Part shown: positions 1-14,306 of the stretch, one piece after another
Position numbering within the stretch: the first letter of the stretch is position 1
Layout of the letters: every line of letters begins with the position of its first letter
Origin: Antedon mediterranea
Lineage: Eukaryota > Animalia > Echinodermata
NCBI RefSeq assembly: GCF_964355755.1
Contig: NC_092676.1
Span: forward strand, 8,657,888-8,721,887
DNA length: 64,000 nucleotides
Reading direction: 5' to 3'
The notes under the pieces: generated by a model
The model's database searches: none
What the model was told of the DNA's origin: nothing
What the model saw: only the letters and a program-made list of their open reading frames with translations
Program-made: the position numbers and the translations under genes

Positions 1-1494
1 GTACGAACATTTTAACCGGACTTTCACATTTTAAATCCTAACTAAATAGGATTTAACATGAAAATGCTTTTTATTTAATAAGCATTCATTTATATTTTCT
101 TTTAAAATATACCTTTTATCCATCAACGTGTTAGACTATACATATTATTTATGTTATTCAAACTTACAGGCATAAATAAACTCTAAACCGGCCAGTGATA
201 TGGAAATTAATAAATGTTTTAAGCGGTTAAAATGAGGAAATCTGTGAGAATGAAAAATGAAAACAAGCTGTCTAAAGCTCTTGACCTACACTATCAAAGT
301 TTATGTGACAAAAAAATGTGATGTGCCCATATCATATGAGCACATCACATGTCCATGATGGACAAGATGGTGTCATATCACTACCATATTTGTGCATATT
401 ACTCCCATATTTGGGCACATCACATTTCTTTGTCACATAAAGTTTGATAGTGTAGGCATTTGCATATTATTACATGTGGTGTTTTGAAATTGAATAAACA
501 AAGTAACTGTGCAAATTAGTAAACTTTAATAGTGTCTAGATTGCGATTTAACATTACTTGTAAATTATTAATAGAATGAACAGACTTACAAATAGAAAGT
601 AGCTAATTCACGGAAACAGAAACGATATAGATATACACAAATTAATGAGTCATTTCTATGGAAGCAACCATTATTTTATCCTAAACGGAACGAGAAGTGA
701 ACGACTATCCAATATTATCCTTGATATCCGTCGTAAGGCCAATTAACACATGAAGACAAACAACCAAAATGTGTACTTTTTTTTCTCTCTTTTGTCGGGG
801 CACTTTTATTGCACATATGATAAACAATGTATATTTAAATGACATTACACAGTCTGAGGTTAAAAGATTATAGAAAATATTTTGATATTGTGTTGAAATC
901 TAAATATGATATAACAATATAGAAAATTTATATTATGATTGACATTAAAAAATGAGATTCGGTATAATAATGATAAAATGGTATATGGCATTAAAAGATT
1001 GTGGTTTATTTAAATACTTCGATTAAATTGTATAGTTTTACATTGATAAAGAAAGACATTTTGAACATACTATTGCATGATTTACATGAATTATATGATA
1101 AAATAACACATTAATATACAATGCAAAGCTAAACAGTAGAACGTCTATTCAGAGGACACCTTTATTTAAGGGACACTATCCCGTGAAATGAACGAAGAGC
1201 AATATGCAATACACACCCAGTCACTCCAGGACATTTTGTTGGGTCCCGAACGTGTCCATTTAATAGGGGTTCGAATGTATGGTCATTGGGCTTCACAAGC
1301 AAGAGAACGACTGCGGTAGACGATTGGGCTTCACATTAGTTCAAACGCTGTCTGTATTGAAACCGTAAGATTATATGGGTTGCAGAAATCAAACTAAATT
1401 CTGCCGCAGATGATGAGGCCTACAACATGGACATTATTTTGTCTATAATTATATATAATAAATAATAGTGATATTTTGTCAATGATTTTTTTAG

Positions 1495-4400
1495 GGCTTA
1501 TGGTCTTGGCATCCACGGTAGATGCACAAGCAAATGGTCGAAATGTTATTCCACGTGACCAACGAGATTGTACTGGTGTAAGACCTGTAAGTGATCTACA
1601 TTATTGATAGAAAATGCAGCAGGTTGTTGACAAAGTTTACAACCTGGTACCAAAATAGTACATCCAGGTGCCCATATTTGACATCCAGGTGTGCTGGTCT
1701 AGTAGGCGCTGCACTGCGGGTTGCCGTGGGTCCGTGGAGGGCCTAATCTAAATTTCCTCAGTTTCCAGTTAAGCTTGAGGACTAATAAATACATTGAAAG
1801 TTTTAACATACATACATCTAGGTGCCCAAATTTGACATCAAGGTGCCCAAATTTGACATTCAGCTACTCAAATATTACTTCTAGGCGCATATATACATTC
1901 ATAATTTGACATCCATGTACTCACATATATTACTTACATGTAATTACATCCAGGTACGCAAATGTTATATCCAGATACTCAACGTTCATGTTCCCAAATG
2001 CATCATCTAGGTACTCAAATATGACATCGAAATACCGAAATAAGTACATAAAGAATATTACATCCAGGTACCAACATATTACATGCAGGTATTAAAATCC
2101 CGGTATCCAAATATAAGTACGTAACTGGAATTTTGTTTTTATAGCGACTGGCACCAACGACGATACAAACCACTCAGCAACTGGTAGCATTACGCGCACA
2201 AATGGAGTTAAATCGTGTCCCGGCTTATATCATACCATCAGAGGATGCACACATGGTAAGCAACTCACCCATAGGTTTAGATGTGTAAGAAGAATGTCAT
2301 AAAACTTGAAAGGGTTTGGTGTTGTGATGACGTTTATTCGCGTTTTTTTAATTGAGAACATACTCACGAAACTAACATTTAAAGTTGAGTCTATCTTTTT
2401 TTAGAGTGAATATACAGCAGAGCACGGCAAACGACGTCAGTTCATAAGTGGGTTTTCGGGTTCAGCAGGTAATTTTATTTTTTTATATTAAAGAAAAAGA
2501 TGGTTGAATATGCCATTTAAAAAAATTGGATCGAAATGAAATTTATTTATCTAAAAAAACTGTAATTTAAACCAAAAAATATTGTCACATTAACTGACAG
2601 CCAATGGTTTTTGGTTGAATTTAACCATTTATTTTGTCATTTTATTAGTGAAAACATTGTTTTTCCCCGATTTTTCAACTGAAGTGATTAACTTTATAAA
2701 AACTACAAAACAACCTATTCAAAGTATTAATTAATTTCATTTTCATGTTTATTGGGACAATACATCTTTAAAGCAATGTGGTTAATTTAGAGCTTAACCT
2801 TTATAGGGTAGAGTGATCGAAACTTTCTTGGTCTAACAAAGAGAACAAAACATACTATACATTATTTACACAAACATGATTAACAATAATTAAACGTGAA
2901 CTTTTTTATTTCGTGGCGTATGCATGGCATTTCTTATTGAAATCCAATGATGGTCTCTGTCAATACATATTCTTCCACTTTTAGGCTTGGCTGTCGTGAC
3001 AATGTTCAAGGCAGCTTTATGGGTGGATGGACGGTATTACCTACAAGTTGAGCAGCAAGTCGATTGTAATTGGGAAGTTATAAGAGCAGGTCAGTAGGCC
3101 TAGCTGATAGTTAGTATATTGATAATTGTGCATGTAAGAACTTAAACTAAAAGGACTAAAGCAAATGACTATGCAATATGGTGACAAGAATTTATCACAA
3201 GGCTCAGTTTATCCAATGGGCGAAGCTCTTCTTTAGAAATTTGCAGTTTCTTCTGTCATAGGCCTATGCCGTTCAGGTTAAAAAAAATTGCTAAACGCAA
3301 ATGACCATGATACCTTTTCCTTCAGATGATATTGGAACACTTACACCATTCGAGTGGATAGAAAATGAACTACTGTATGGATATCCTGTTGCATTTGATG
3401 CTAAGACAATGTCTATTCGTAAGTACTATACAGTAGCTAAGATCGTCATTTTGCATTTCTAAGTAGTTTAAGGATTCCTTCATAAAACTGATTAAACGAA
3501 TGTTTTCCAAAACGTGCAAAGTAAACATTTATAAGTTTAGCTTGGTTCCCACTAGGATGCAACGCAACGATGTAAGAAGCGTAACGCTAGCGAGACCAAT
3601 GACAATCGACAGCTCGAATAATCCATTGATTGTGATTGGTCAAATTACTTGCGTTGCACTTACGGTGGCCTTGTGTTCTAGTGGGAACTATCTTTACATG
3701 GCCTATTAATACCTAATATTGAATTTAAGACATTTTAATATGTTTTTCATTTCGCCGTGATGTTGTTCCGGCTGTGATTTTTTTTTCGTACATAAGTTTG
3801 GGAACCCTTATGTGAAAGAAGCCAAACTACTTTCTGAATATAACTAAACCTAAATAATCTCTCTCTCACACTATAAAGTAAAAAGAAGTTGCTCATAGGA
3901 TTCGAACTCCATACATCGACATGTAAAGTCTATAGTTTAATCCACGTGACTACACAGCGTTTGCATTACCGAATTTCTACGTCACCTAATGATATGATTA
4001 ATGAAAATTCATGTTTATTATGTGACGTTTCATGGTCCTGAACTTATGTACGAAAAGAAATATCGCGTTCCGGCACCATACTTATTATTTTAATTTGCTT
4101 CTTTACACTAAATCTTCAAAACCATGTTTTATTATCTAAAGAAATGCTACAAGAAGCCGAACTATTTTTCCGTAAATCTTCAAAACAGTTGAGATTACAA
4201 AGGCTGCAAACCAACTTAGTGGATCGTGTGTGGAGAAACCAACCACCATTGCCCAACAACATGCTAATGATACACGAACTGAGATACGCGGGTAAGTTAA
4301 GATGTCACATATCTAATTTGACCAAATGTATTATATAGAATTATTAACTCATTGAGAATGCTGCTAGGTTTACCTTAACACTGTTGCACTCTAGTAACTT

Positions 4401-7400
4401 TTTTTCGACAAGAAGAATATCCCCCTTTTTTAAGCAGAGTAGGTCCGCAAGTGCGTCTATAGAAATAGGTGTACTACGAACTATTTCAGGTTCTTTTAAA
4501 TGGGAGAAAATCTTATTTTAGTGTGATCAATCAATAAGCATTGAGCAAAATGTTCAAGAATGAAAATGCAAAAGAAAATCGTATCTTTATATTACATACA
4601 AAGTTTCGAACTGCAGTAAATTATTTATAACAGACTATATTACAGGTACAAGAAACCAACTTACCCGGGTAAATAACTGAGCCACAGCGGACAGAAATAT
4701 TGAACGAACGTGAGAACAGTCAATTCCCACTTAAAATGGTGTCAGATTAGTGGAAATTCACTCTGAATGGAGGCGTTGTTTCGAATCCCATTTCTGACAC
4801 CATATTAAGCGTGACTGTTCTCAACGGTTCTTTCAATACAACTGTTTTATTTACTGAGCATAATATAATTAGTAATTTGCATAATTAGCATATTAATAGC
4901 CAACAGTATGTAATATTTATAAACCAGATAAACTAACAACATTATTAACTAAAGCTGCTGTATTTTAGGTGGTAATTATTTTTTTTTTAAACAGGAAAAA
5001 CATGGCAAAACAAAGTAATGGAAATTCGGAGAAAAATGCAGGAAAAAGATGCTAGTGCATTAATTGTGTCTGCGTTGGATGAAGTGGCGTGTAAGTAGTA
5101 GTATTCTTTGTTTGTAGTTTGCGGATGTTCACCAAAATGGTTATGTATCCGCGTTAGATGAAATATAAACTTGTTTGCGCATGTCGCAAGAACCAGAAGA
5201 GTACTGTGTCTTTTCCTTAAGAAAAAAACAATTACCTTTTTGGTCAAAGTAGATTTTAAAAACCTTTATTCAGTACATTGCTAAAACAGATCAGAATATT
5301 GTATTTCAGACCGAAAGACAATATATTTAAACACATTATTATTAAATGGACCCACTAAGCTACTCTGATTTTCTAACAGTGCTGAATATATGTTGTTATG
5401 TACGCGTTGTTGAGATTTACAACTTTTTCAAATAAAGTTATATTGTGTTCACAGGGTTGTTCAATCTAAGAGGTACTGATGTTCCGTTTAACCCTGTCTT
5501 CTTCTCGTACGCAATCATTACTGGAAATTCTATACGGTAAGTCATTGCTTAGTAAACTGCCACAGAACCGGAATCTAAGCTCAGTGTGAACGTGGCTTTA
5601 AGCCTATGTCTTATCTGTGTATTACTGTTTATTTCTCTAGGCTGTATCTTAATGCGATTAATGAGACCCAGAATGACAGACGATTCCAACAGCATCTCAA
5701 TCAATGCTTAAGTCCGTATGAATCAGGTATAGTAATTGCTTAACATGATAGAACGATAGGTCACTTTGATTTAGAACTAGAATTGTGACGCTCTATCGAG
5801 TTACGATAGAACAATAAACTGTGTGACGATATAGAGGGCGCTTTGAAATAAATTCTTTGGTAAACCACATACGCAGTCCAAATACAAATATTTCAAATGT
5901 ATACTACATCAATTTATAAATTGCTGTAATACGTATCTTTATATGTGTCAATGTGCGTTTTTATCTACGCACTTCACCGATTATGCGATGGAACAACATT
6001 TGTGTGACGATATAGAGGGCGCCTTACAATCACATAAAACAGTACTTGGTAAACCACCTACGCAATTCAAAATGGTTCTGCAATACTGCAATTCATATGT
6101 GGCAATGTACGTAACACACATGCAGTTTTTAAATTTATTATCCGCCTTTAATCTTCACCTAATCTTCTTTTTCAATCTAACATTAAAGATAGGCCTATTT
6201 TGTCTGCGATTCTGTCAGGTAAGCACATATCTATTCTTCCTTCATAGTAATAGACCCATTGATTAATTCCCGAAATAACTCGTAAAACGCGTATTATCTG
6301 TATGCGGGATAGATGTTTCTACTTGATTTTTATATACATTTACAATGAATGTTCAAGTCTAAAAGGAAGCATGTTGGAAGGAAGGCTGTCCAAAGTGAGA
6401 CCCAAACTATTTGATGAGTATTGATACCACCACTATCATTGCGTTTATATCTAGTTAATTATCTGATTGATATGATAAAATTGAACAGTACACGTTCAAA
6501 ATATATATAAATTTACATCATCCCATAAAGGCCAATTTATACTGACGAGCGACAACGATAGTCGGTAAACGGTAAGTGGAAAACAAAAATATAGAATCTA
6601 TGCGCGGACGGGCGGTTGAGCAGAAACCTGCTCCGAATAGATACAGATTATACGTAGGACAAGCTACGCACTTTTCCGCTTACCGTTACCGCTCGTCTTT
6701 GTAAATTGTCCTTTCTCAGAACTATTATACTTTATATATCATTCTGTTTATACCAATAAAAGTTATCTGGTCTTGGGTTCTGAAAGGTAAGTCGTGTTTG
6801 TTTCAACTCGTTAGTTATGTAGTGTCTCGTATTTTCAAAGCCAGACTACATTATCATCTAGTCTCATTTCGATCACTTCATTACATTGTATTCAGTTCAT
6901 ATTTTGCTAATGATGTATGTTTGTTTTTCAGTCTATTGATCGTTCACACACTAGTGTTTCATTCTGCATAATTAGATTGTGTTTCAATGTTGTAAACTAT
7001 TCATAAGGTTCTGTTTCTAATCGTACTAGAAAGGAACCACTTGAATTATTTATTTGATAAATATCTCAATTATGAGTGGGATTGACTTGACTTATTTTAG
7101 ACTGTTTATAATGTTTAGAACCGAAACAATAATAAAATGTTAGACTTTATGTGATGATGATGATGACGACGATGATGACGACAACGACCGTAGGGTCATC
7201 ATTTCGGTAATAAGAACTCTAAAGATTTCCCGGTTCCATGTGCTGTATCTCCACATACTACCTATTTCTGAAGTATCATAGGAATATTTGGTAATACAGC
7301 ATCTAATTTGTATCACATGTGGTGCCTGTATCATGTAAGGTTAAGTTAAGGGTTATATTACTACTAGATACGTTTGAAACACATGTGATGTTGTACAGTA

Positions 7401-10400
7401 TTACCAAATGTTCCTATGATACTTCTGAAATGTATACATTACCGAGATCGGCTGAGATTTGTCGAATCACTATGTTATTTAGAAACCACGGAATATAATG
7501 TGTTTGATATTTCCAGTGCCATGTGTCGAGGTGAAGTCCTACAATGCTTTCTATGAAGACGTACTGTTAGTGGCAAGTTTAAACAGTGGCAAAATCTGGA
7601 TAACTCAACATGCAAATGTCTTCATATATGACGTCATTACAGAAGTACGTAATAGATTTTGTCATTCATGGATAAAATGTCACAATTGCAAAGATAACTT
7701 ACAACTAGATAGAGAGAGAGAGATCACACAAAACATTAAAGTGCTTAAAATCGAATTTGGAGACGTTTTAGACCATTTTAGCATTTTGGCAAAACTTTTG
7801 CATTAAAAAATATAGTGTAGATGAGTTAGGTTACTCACGCAAACGAACAGCCAATTTCTACATGTTACATTTAAGCCATATAATATTTTCTATAGTGAAC
7901 ATCATTGACATATTTGTTTTTTTATTTCTCAGATAAAAAGACTAATTGAGCCATCGCCTATTCTTTTAATGAAAGCTGTTAAGAATCCCACTGAACAAAT
8001 GGGGATGAGAAACTCACACGTATGTTTAATTACATTTCTAATAACTATGTAGCACGTGAATGAACTAGGCAATGAACAATACAGTAGTAAAGAAAGATTT
8101 GCGCTACGCCATGTGTTTGCAAAAAGAAATAAATTATGGTTGAGAATGTCTCAAGGTTCTGGTCGTTATGCTACAGCCGTCTTCTGGGGAATACTCGGTC
8201 TACAAGTTTTTTAGTCATCGCCTGAACTACACTATCTTTAAAAAACGTATTCATAATTTATTCTGGGTTTTAGACGGAGTTTTGACTTAATGATAATGTA
8301 TACTACTTGTGCTCGGGCCTGTATTTCAGGCCCGATTTTAGGTTTAGACAAAGCCTCGAAATAACTAGAGACTTGGGTTTAATTCATTCATTTGTATTTT
8401 TACTCAAGCGCAAATTTGCAATTTTAGATTATATACTCTTATTAGCTTCACGTACGATAATGCATTAAATTTTCAAACAAACCAACCTACGCAAGCGTTC
8501 TTTTCTTGTTTTCAGATTAGAGATGCTGTTGCACTGATTGAGTTTGTAACCTGGTTAGAAAAAGAGGTATCGAATATAAATTACGACTTTTTATTACATA
8601 ATACTGTTAAATTAATTAAACATAAATTAACATTAAATTAAACTAAAAATTGTTAATACAATACTCTGATCACATGAGCAACGGCTAAAGCTTGGTTCAC
8701 TCTCGGACGCAACGCAAAGACGAAAGCGCAACGCAAGCGAGTTGACCAATCGGCAAACGAAAATTCGGATAATCCATCACTTGTGATTGGTTAAATTGCT
8801 TACGTCGCGCTTACGTCGTTGCGTTGCGTCCTAGTGTGAACCAAGCTTTAACGTCTCATTGAAAGATATACCTATATTATTATTCCAACACTAGCCACAG
8901 ATATGATAAGAAGTAAACAAACTATGTAAAAGCAACCCCCACAAGTACTGTAATCTACACGTTTGAATAAACGTCTCATACATTGTCTTTTATGTTAATG
9001 AACTCAAGTACAGTCAGTAAAATATTATTCAATCTATGTTAATGTTATTTTAATTGAACTAAGGTCCCTCGAGCTAAGGGAGATGCTAGGAGATTAAGTG
9101 AGATTTCAGCGGCTACAAAACTCAAACAATTCAGAAGGTAATGCATTAGATACGATTACTAATAGCTGTTAGTATTCTTAGATTTTTAACTAGTGATTAT
9201 AAATACGAAACAATACGAACAATTTAAAACACATACAAAACAAAAATTACCTATTACAATGATTGCTTAAGCTTGGTTCCCACTAGAACGTAACGCAAGG
9301 ACGTAAACGCAACGCAAATGTTTTAACCAATGACAAGTGAAGTTATAGACAGTTAGCAATCACAAGCGAATAAGTCATCGCTTGTGATTGGTCAATTCAC
9401 TTGCGTTGCGTTACGTCCTTGCGTTGCGTCGCTAGTGGGAACCACGCTTTATTAAAGTAGTAAACAAGTTTTAAGTACAAGACCAACAAATATTTAGTTA
9501 TTGTGTTTTGTTTGTAGTCAGCAGCAAGGCATACAGGGTTTGAGTTTCCCGACGATATCTGGCTTTGGTCCAAATGGAGCTGTTATTCATTATACGTAAG
9601 TATTCCCTTTTATATGTTATTTAATTTAGTTGTTATTGAATCATGTTACCTATGCCATTCTCTACTATCTTCTGCGAATTTACAATATGACGACAATCGT
9701 ACAATTGAGAAAACTACACATTGTTTTTCAGTGCAAATGAACAAACAAACGCAGCTATAACAAACAGGAATATGTATCTGTTGGATTCTGGAGGACAATA
9801 TCTGTAAGTTAACTTCATTGATTTTTCCTTTAATAACGAGTTAAATAAACAACCATTATTAATAAAAAGTATATGGCAATTTATGAAGTTCAAGTTCAAC
9901 TCTCCTTAAAGGGAGACTTTATTCTGTATATAGGCCAGTGGCCTTAAAACATAAACATTTCTTACTGTGCCAAATAAAAATGTTCGTTACATACAATACA
10001 ATTTGTAACGATAAAACAAAGTCAAACATATTTGAAATATAATTTGGAATGAGACGATTTCTTTCTTGGTTGTATAATTAATAATAATGATGTATTCAGA
10101 TTTGTGGCTGTTGTTCTAGCGAAGATGACTATTATGTTTAGTTGGTGAATGTCCATCGATAGGCAGCAGTTACCTTGCTATTTAGATGTTGCGGTGTACA
10201 CTCTAATCAGAACGTATCGTACAGTAGGCCTACGATGACTAACCCTATTCTTTTTTCAGTGATGGAACAACAGACGTGACAAGAACGTTCCATTTTGGTA
10301 ACCCAACGGCGTTTCATAAGGAAGCTTACACACGAGTCCTAATGGGCTCTATTGATCTGGCTAAACTTACTTTTAGAACCGGAATATATGGTGAGTGAGC

Positions 10401-12439
10401 ACATTTATTTAATACCACCGAGATGTTTATTATCTTGTTGAGCTCTGTCTACACTATCAAACATTATGTGCCAACAAAATGTGATGTGCACATATATGGA
10501 CATGATGATGTCATATCACTACCATATGTGGGCACATCTCTACCATATTTGGGTACATCACACTTTTTTTGTAAAACTAGTTTGGTAGTGTAGACAGAGC
10601 TTTATACTGTAGGTAAGATTCTATCGTATGTCGTTATTCTATACAATTTACAGTAATTATTTGTTATAATTCTATTAGGTCGTGACATAGACGTTGTTGC
10701 AAGGGCTCCGCTGTGGGAAGGTGGGCTTGGGTATAAACACGGTACAGGACATGGCATTGGTCACTACTTACTTGTACATGAAGGTAAGAAAAATATATTC
10801 CTGTATGGTAAATATGTGATGACCTGTCAGCTATACTGCATTGCTTCTCATAAATACCACCACATTGTCGATGTGTTCTTTTTAATAGGACCAGCAAGAA
10901 TCAGGTACGGATTTAGACCCAACGAAGAGCCTCTTCAGCCAGGAATGTTCCTTTCAGATGGTATGTAATTGTCGATACAATACGTAATGTCAATGTTTAG
11001 TCGAATATGACATAGAACAATACGCATTTGAATGTATAACTGAACGCCATTTGCTCAATTAAAGGTCTTTTAAAACGTTAATGATTTTATATCGTGTGGA
11101 ATATTAATAAGATATATTATATTAAAATTGTGAGGTATCTTTTACTGATAAACGAAGATAAAGAGGTTTTGAAGAAATATGTATAACGGATTCTTAAGAT
11201 GACTGTCAATGATAGAGAGCTTTCGATTTACGACGACCTACCTACCTAAGCCAGGGCAATCGATATTTCGTCCGTAATCGCTTTTGGACCTAGAAGCCAT
11301 CAACACCGTGTATAGGTGAAACAGAGGCCCCAATATCCCCGCATGTGCACAGTATATAAACATGACATACTTTGCTCGTTGGTTGTCGCAAATGAAAAGC
11401 TCTTAATATATGATATGTAGTAGTTAGTCTGAGTTCCAGGCGGAGTTTTGTCTTAATATTAGTAAGAAGATAAATATTTTGGCACATATGGCGTTTCATA
11501 CGTATACTACTTTATTTTGGATATTTTGTAAAATCGAAATAAAAAAAAAAAAGTAAAAAAAAAAAAAAGACAATGAATACAGACTTGGGGCAAGTCTATG
11601 TAGTAGTTAGTTAGTACGAAATAAATACTTATTTCCTTTTCATTAGAACCGGGATATTATGAGCCAAACAGCTTTGGTGTTCGACTTGAAACCATTGTTA
11701 TGGTCGTTAACAAACGAACACAGGTGAGTTCCGTTTGAATTTGTTTTCGCGCACGAACTTTTCCATTTCAGTACTTCGGCTGAATGTTATACTATGTACA
11801 GTCATAACCATCCGCTTAAAACATAAATAAACGATCGCATATTTTCAACTGTTTCGAATTATTCTACAGCACCAGTTTAGCAATTGGACGTTTATGGGAT
11901 TTGAACCAATCACCCTTGTTCCGTTTGAACCAAAACTTATCAACTACAATATGTTATCCATTGAACAGGTAATTTGTTGAATGAATTATTATCAATAATA
12001 ATATTAATAATTTTTTCGTACCGTTATTGTTGCATTGTTAACTCTCCATTTCATTGCAACATTATGTCCTACCTTTAATTACGTCATTTTATACATCAAT
12101 GTAGGCCTACACATGGTTTATTTTGGTTAATTGTTCTTTGTACACCGATTTATTCAAAAAGACGTTTCATGTTTTGGAATATCAGATGCAGAAATGCTTA
12201 ATTCCATATTATTTCCTTTTTTTTTAAAGATCGAATGGTTGAATGAATATAACAAACAGATAGAACAAAAAGTGCTTCCCAAGTTAAGTGCAGAAGCTAA
12301 GAGATGGGTACGTGTACGAACAAAACCTATTAACGCCCAGCAAATACACCGACTAAATGCCGGAAATACAGCACCGTCTATCAACATGGGTATAATGGCA
12401 CTAGCTGCGTTATTTTTATGTAGCTTCCTAGTTTTATAG
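1495..12439 (+). CDS. Xaa-Pro aminopeptidase (aminopeptidase P, peptidase M24B), secreted/GPI-anchored XPNPEP2-like, paralog A; start-codon exon not securely located
   Basis: Phase-consistent AG/GT exons: 1495-1586, 2145-2255, 2405-2468, 2985-3089, 3326-3418, 4142-4291, 4995-5090, 5455-5536, 5641-5726, 7517-7644, 7933-8019, 8516-8566, 9064-9137, 9518-9595, 9732-9803, 10260-10390, 10679-10783, 10889-10960, 11647-11723, 11870-11968, 12230-12439 (TAG). Motifs: [75 protein letters not shown]...VHEGP, SDEPGYY...GVRLE (all five metal ligands). Hydrophobic N-terminal segment ([10 protein letters not shown]) and C-terminal tail ([17 protein letters not shown]). Confidence 0.93.
1640..2112. repeat. 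Degenerate ~20-bp tandem repeat (acatccaggtrcccaaat) interrupted by a SINE-like 3' fragment
   Basis: Repeated acatccaggt/acatctaggt motifs. Segment 1698-1810 resembles 24435-24515. Confidence 0.6.
7264..7432. repeat. Inverted repeat (probable MITE core)
   Basis: atttctgaagtatcataggaatatttggtaatac ... gtattaccaaatgttcctatgatacttctgaaat. Confidence 0.65.
8689..8847. mobile_element. Palindromic MITE family 2 (agcttggttcccactag TIR), PIF/Harbinger-like
   Basis: taa-agcttggttcac...gtgaaccaagct-tta with internal gcaacgcaa/ttgcgttgc arms. Other copies at ~3539-3690, 9270-9450, 12830-12961 and 26129-26699. Confidence 0.8.
10441..10601. mobile_element. Palindromic MITE family 1 (agctctgtctacactatcaaa TIR), PIF/Harbinger-like
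   Basis: TIR agctctgtctacactatcaaa / tttg(g)tagtgtagacagagct. Other copies at ~276-457, 23306-23460, 26212-26660, 42310-42452 and 61348-61487 (the last flanked by tta). Confidence 0.8.
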
Positions 12440-13674
12440 GTGTGCAAATGTAGAGGTTGTCACATATGTAGATTAGGCCAGTCAAGCCACACCTAAATTC
12501 ATAACCAATCGTATTTGCAGTGATGTACAGCAAATTGTATTGAGAAATTAAATTCTGGAATCTAAAGATACAAATTAACTATTTACACCTAAATGTGTGC
12601 ATTTTCTACCACCTATGTTCACACGCTCTTTCATCTATCGGAGTTTAATAAAGTGCTTCAATCAGTTTAACTTGTTCTGCGTTCAAACGTGTGTGGTATA
12701 ACGTTACATCGGACATACTAGAAAACTATCGGAGTTATATCTTAGTATTATCGGAGTTAACGACACATAATAAGAACGTTAATCGTTCACATGCGCATTT
12801 ACGTCGAATGTAATTCTGATATGGCTTAAAGATTGGTTCACACTAAGAGGCAATGAGGACGCAATCACAAGGTCAGTGATTTGACCAATCACAACGATGG
12901 ATTATTCAAACTCTCGCTTTTCATTGGTCAACTCGCATGTGTCCTAGTGGAAACCAAGCTTCATTCTATGTACCTTAGTGCGTGTGAACACGGCCCATGT
13001 TTGGAATAAAGTGTATCATGTGATAGATTTAGGTGTGACTTGACTGTTTTAAATATAATCGGACACAATTAATACAGTAGGTTAGCTAGATTAGTTTAAT
13101 GAGGTTATAATGTATATAGTTGTAAGCAGGAATATATCATAATACAATCTTTTGTATTATTGATATATATAGATTAAAATTACAAATCATCAACTTTCGT
13201 TATTTTTTTAGGTACTCTACTTAATTAAAAATAATTACAAATTATGACAGTTAAAATAACATATAGAAAACAATTATGAGTATAAAAGATCATTTGTACA
13301 ATTTAAAATTTATATTCCCTGATTTAATTTGAGTTGTTATAAAATATTGTCTCTTGTAAATTACAGTGTATAAAGTATAATGGTATGTATGCTATATGAT
13401 TCGCTCTAAAAAAGCGTTATCAGATGATAATAGTAGACCTCCATGGACGGGACTCACGTTTTTGAACTTTTATACAAGCTAAAATGTGCGCATATTAAGA
13501 TTGTGATGTTAGGTTCATTAGTCTGTGTTTTGCAATGTGTAGGTCTATGATTATTTCATTAAATCAAATAAAATTATAAAAAGATGTATATCAAAATAAC
13601 ACACAGAAGAAAATCTATTCACTGCTATATCTTCGGAAGGCTGGGTATTTTCTGTATCGCGTTTGCCAGAGTAC

Positions 13675-14274
13675 TTAGAAAAGCTTACGTACGCTAACAA
13701 CCATAATAGCTGTAGCAATTAAAACCATGAATGAAGGAACTTGACGCGTTGATCCACTGAACACATAGTCATACGATACTTGAACGGTCTTGCTTTCCAT
13801 CCAGTCAATCGCCGCCTCAGATGCAAGCTCATTCCTTACTTCATCTCGAATTTTTTTATTGTAGTCATTCAGCCAATCAATCTATAAAGATACAGATGAT
13901 TACATCAGTGGCGCAACGCGAAGGCCTGGGGCCCCTGGTTTAGAAACCCTCCAACGTTGGATGTGATCCGGCCCAGGGGCCTCATAAGCTCCAGGGCCCT
14001 TGGGTTTAGCCAGTGAGCGCTCATAGTCGTTACGCCACTGATTATATAGTAAGAATGGACATATCGAATAATACAGTAGAAACCCTTCTTTGGAACATCC
14101 AGGGCAATTGTTTTATAGTTCCGAAGGTATCCCCTCAATAAAGGCCGGCTGTAATAAAATGCCGCCCCAAATGTTAATTGTTGAAGCAAGGTACAGTGTA
14201 TTCAAACTAACATGACGCGACAAACTATATTGAAGCGCCTTGAGCACTTTAGTGATATGTACGCTGTATAAATC

Positions 14275-14306
<32 letters not shown>

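Noticed and set aside
12154-12447. Antisense ORF over the last exon of paralog A, and the other short ORF-track entries in introns
   Set aside because: Shadow ORFs or AT-rich noise with no recognisable motifs.
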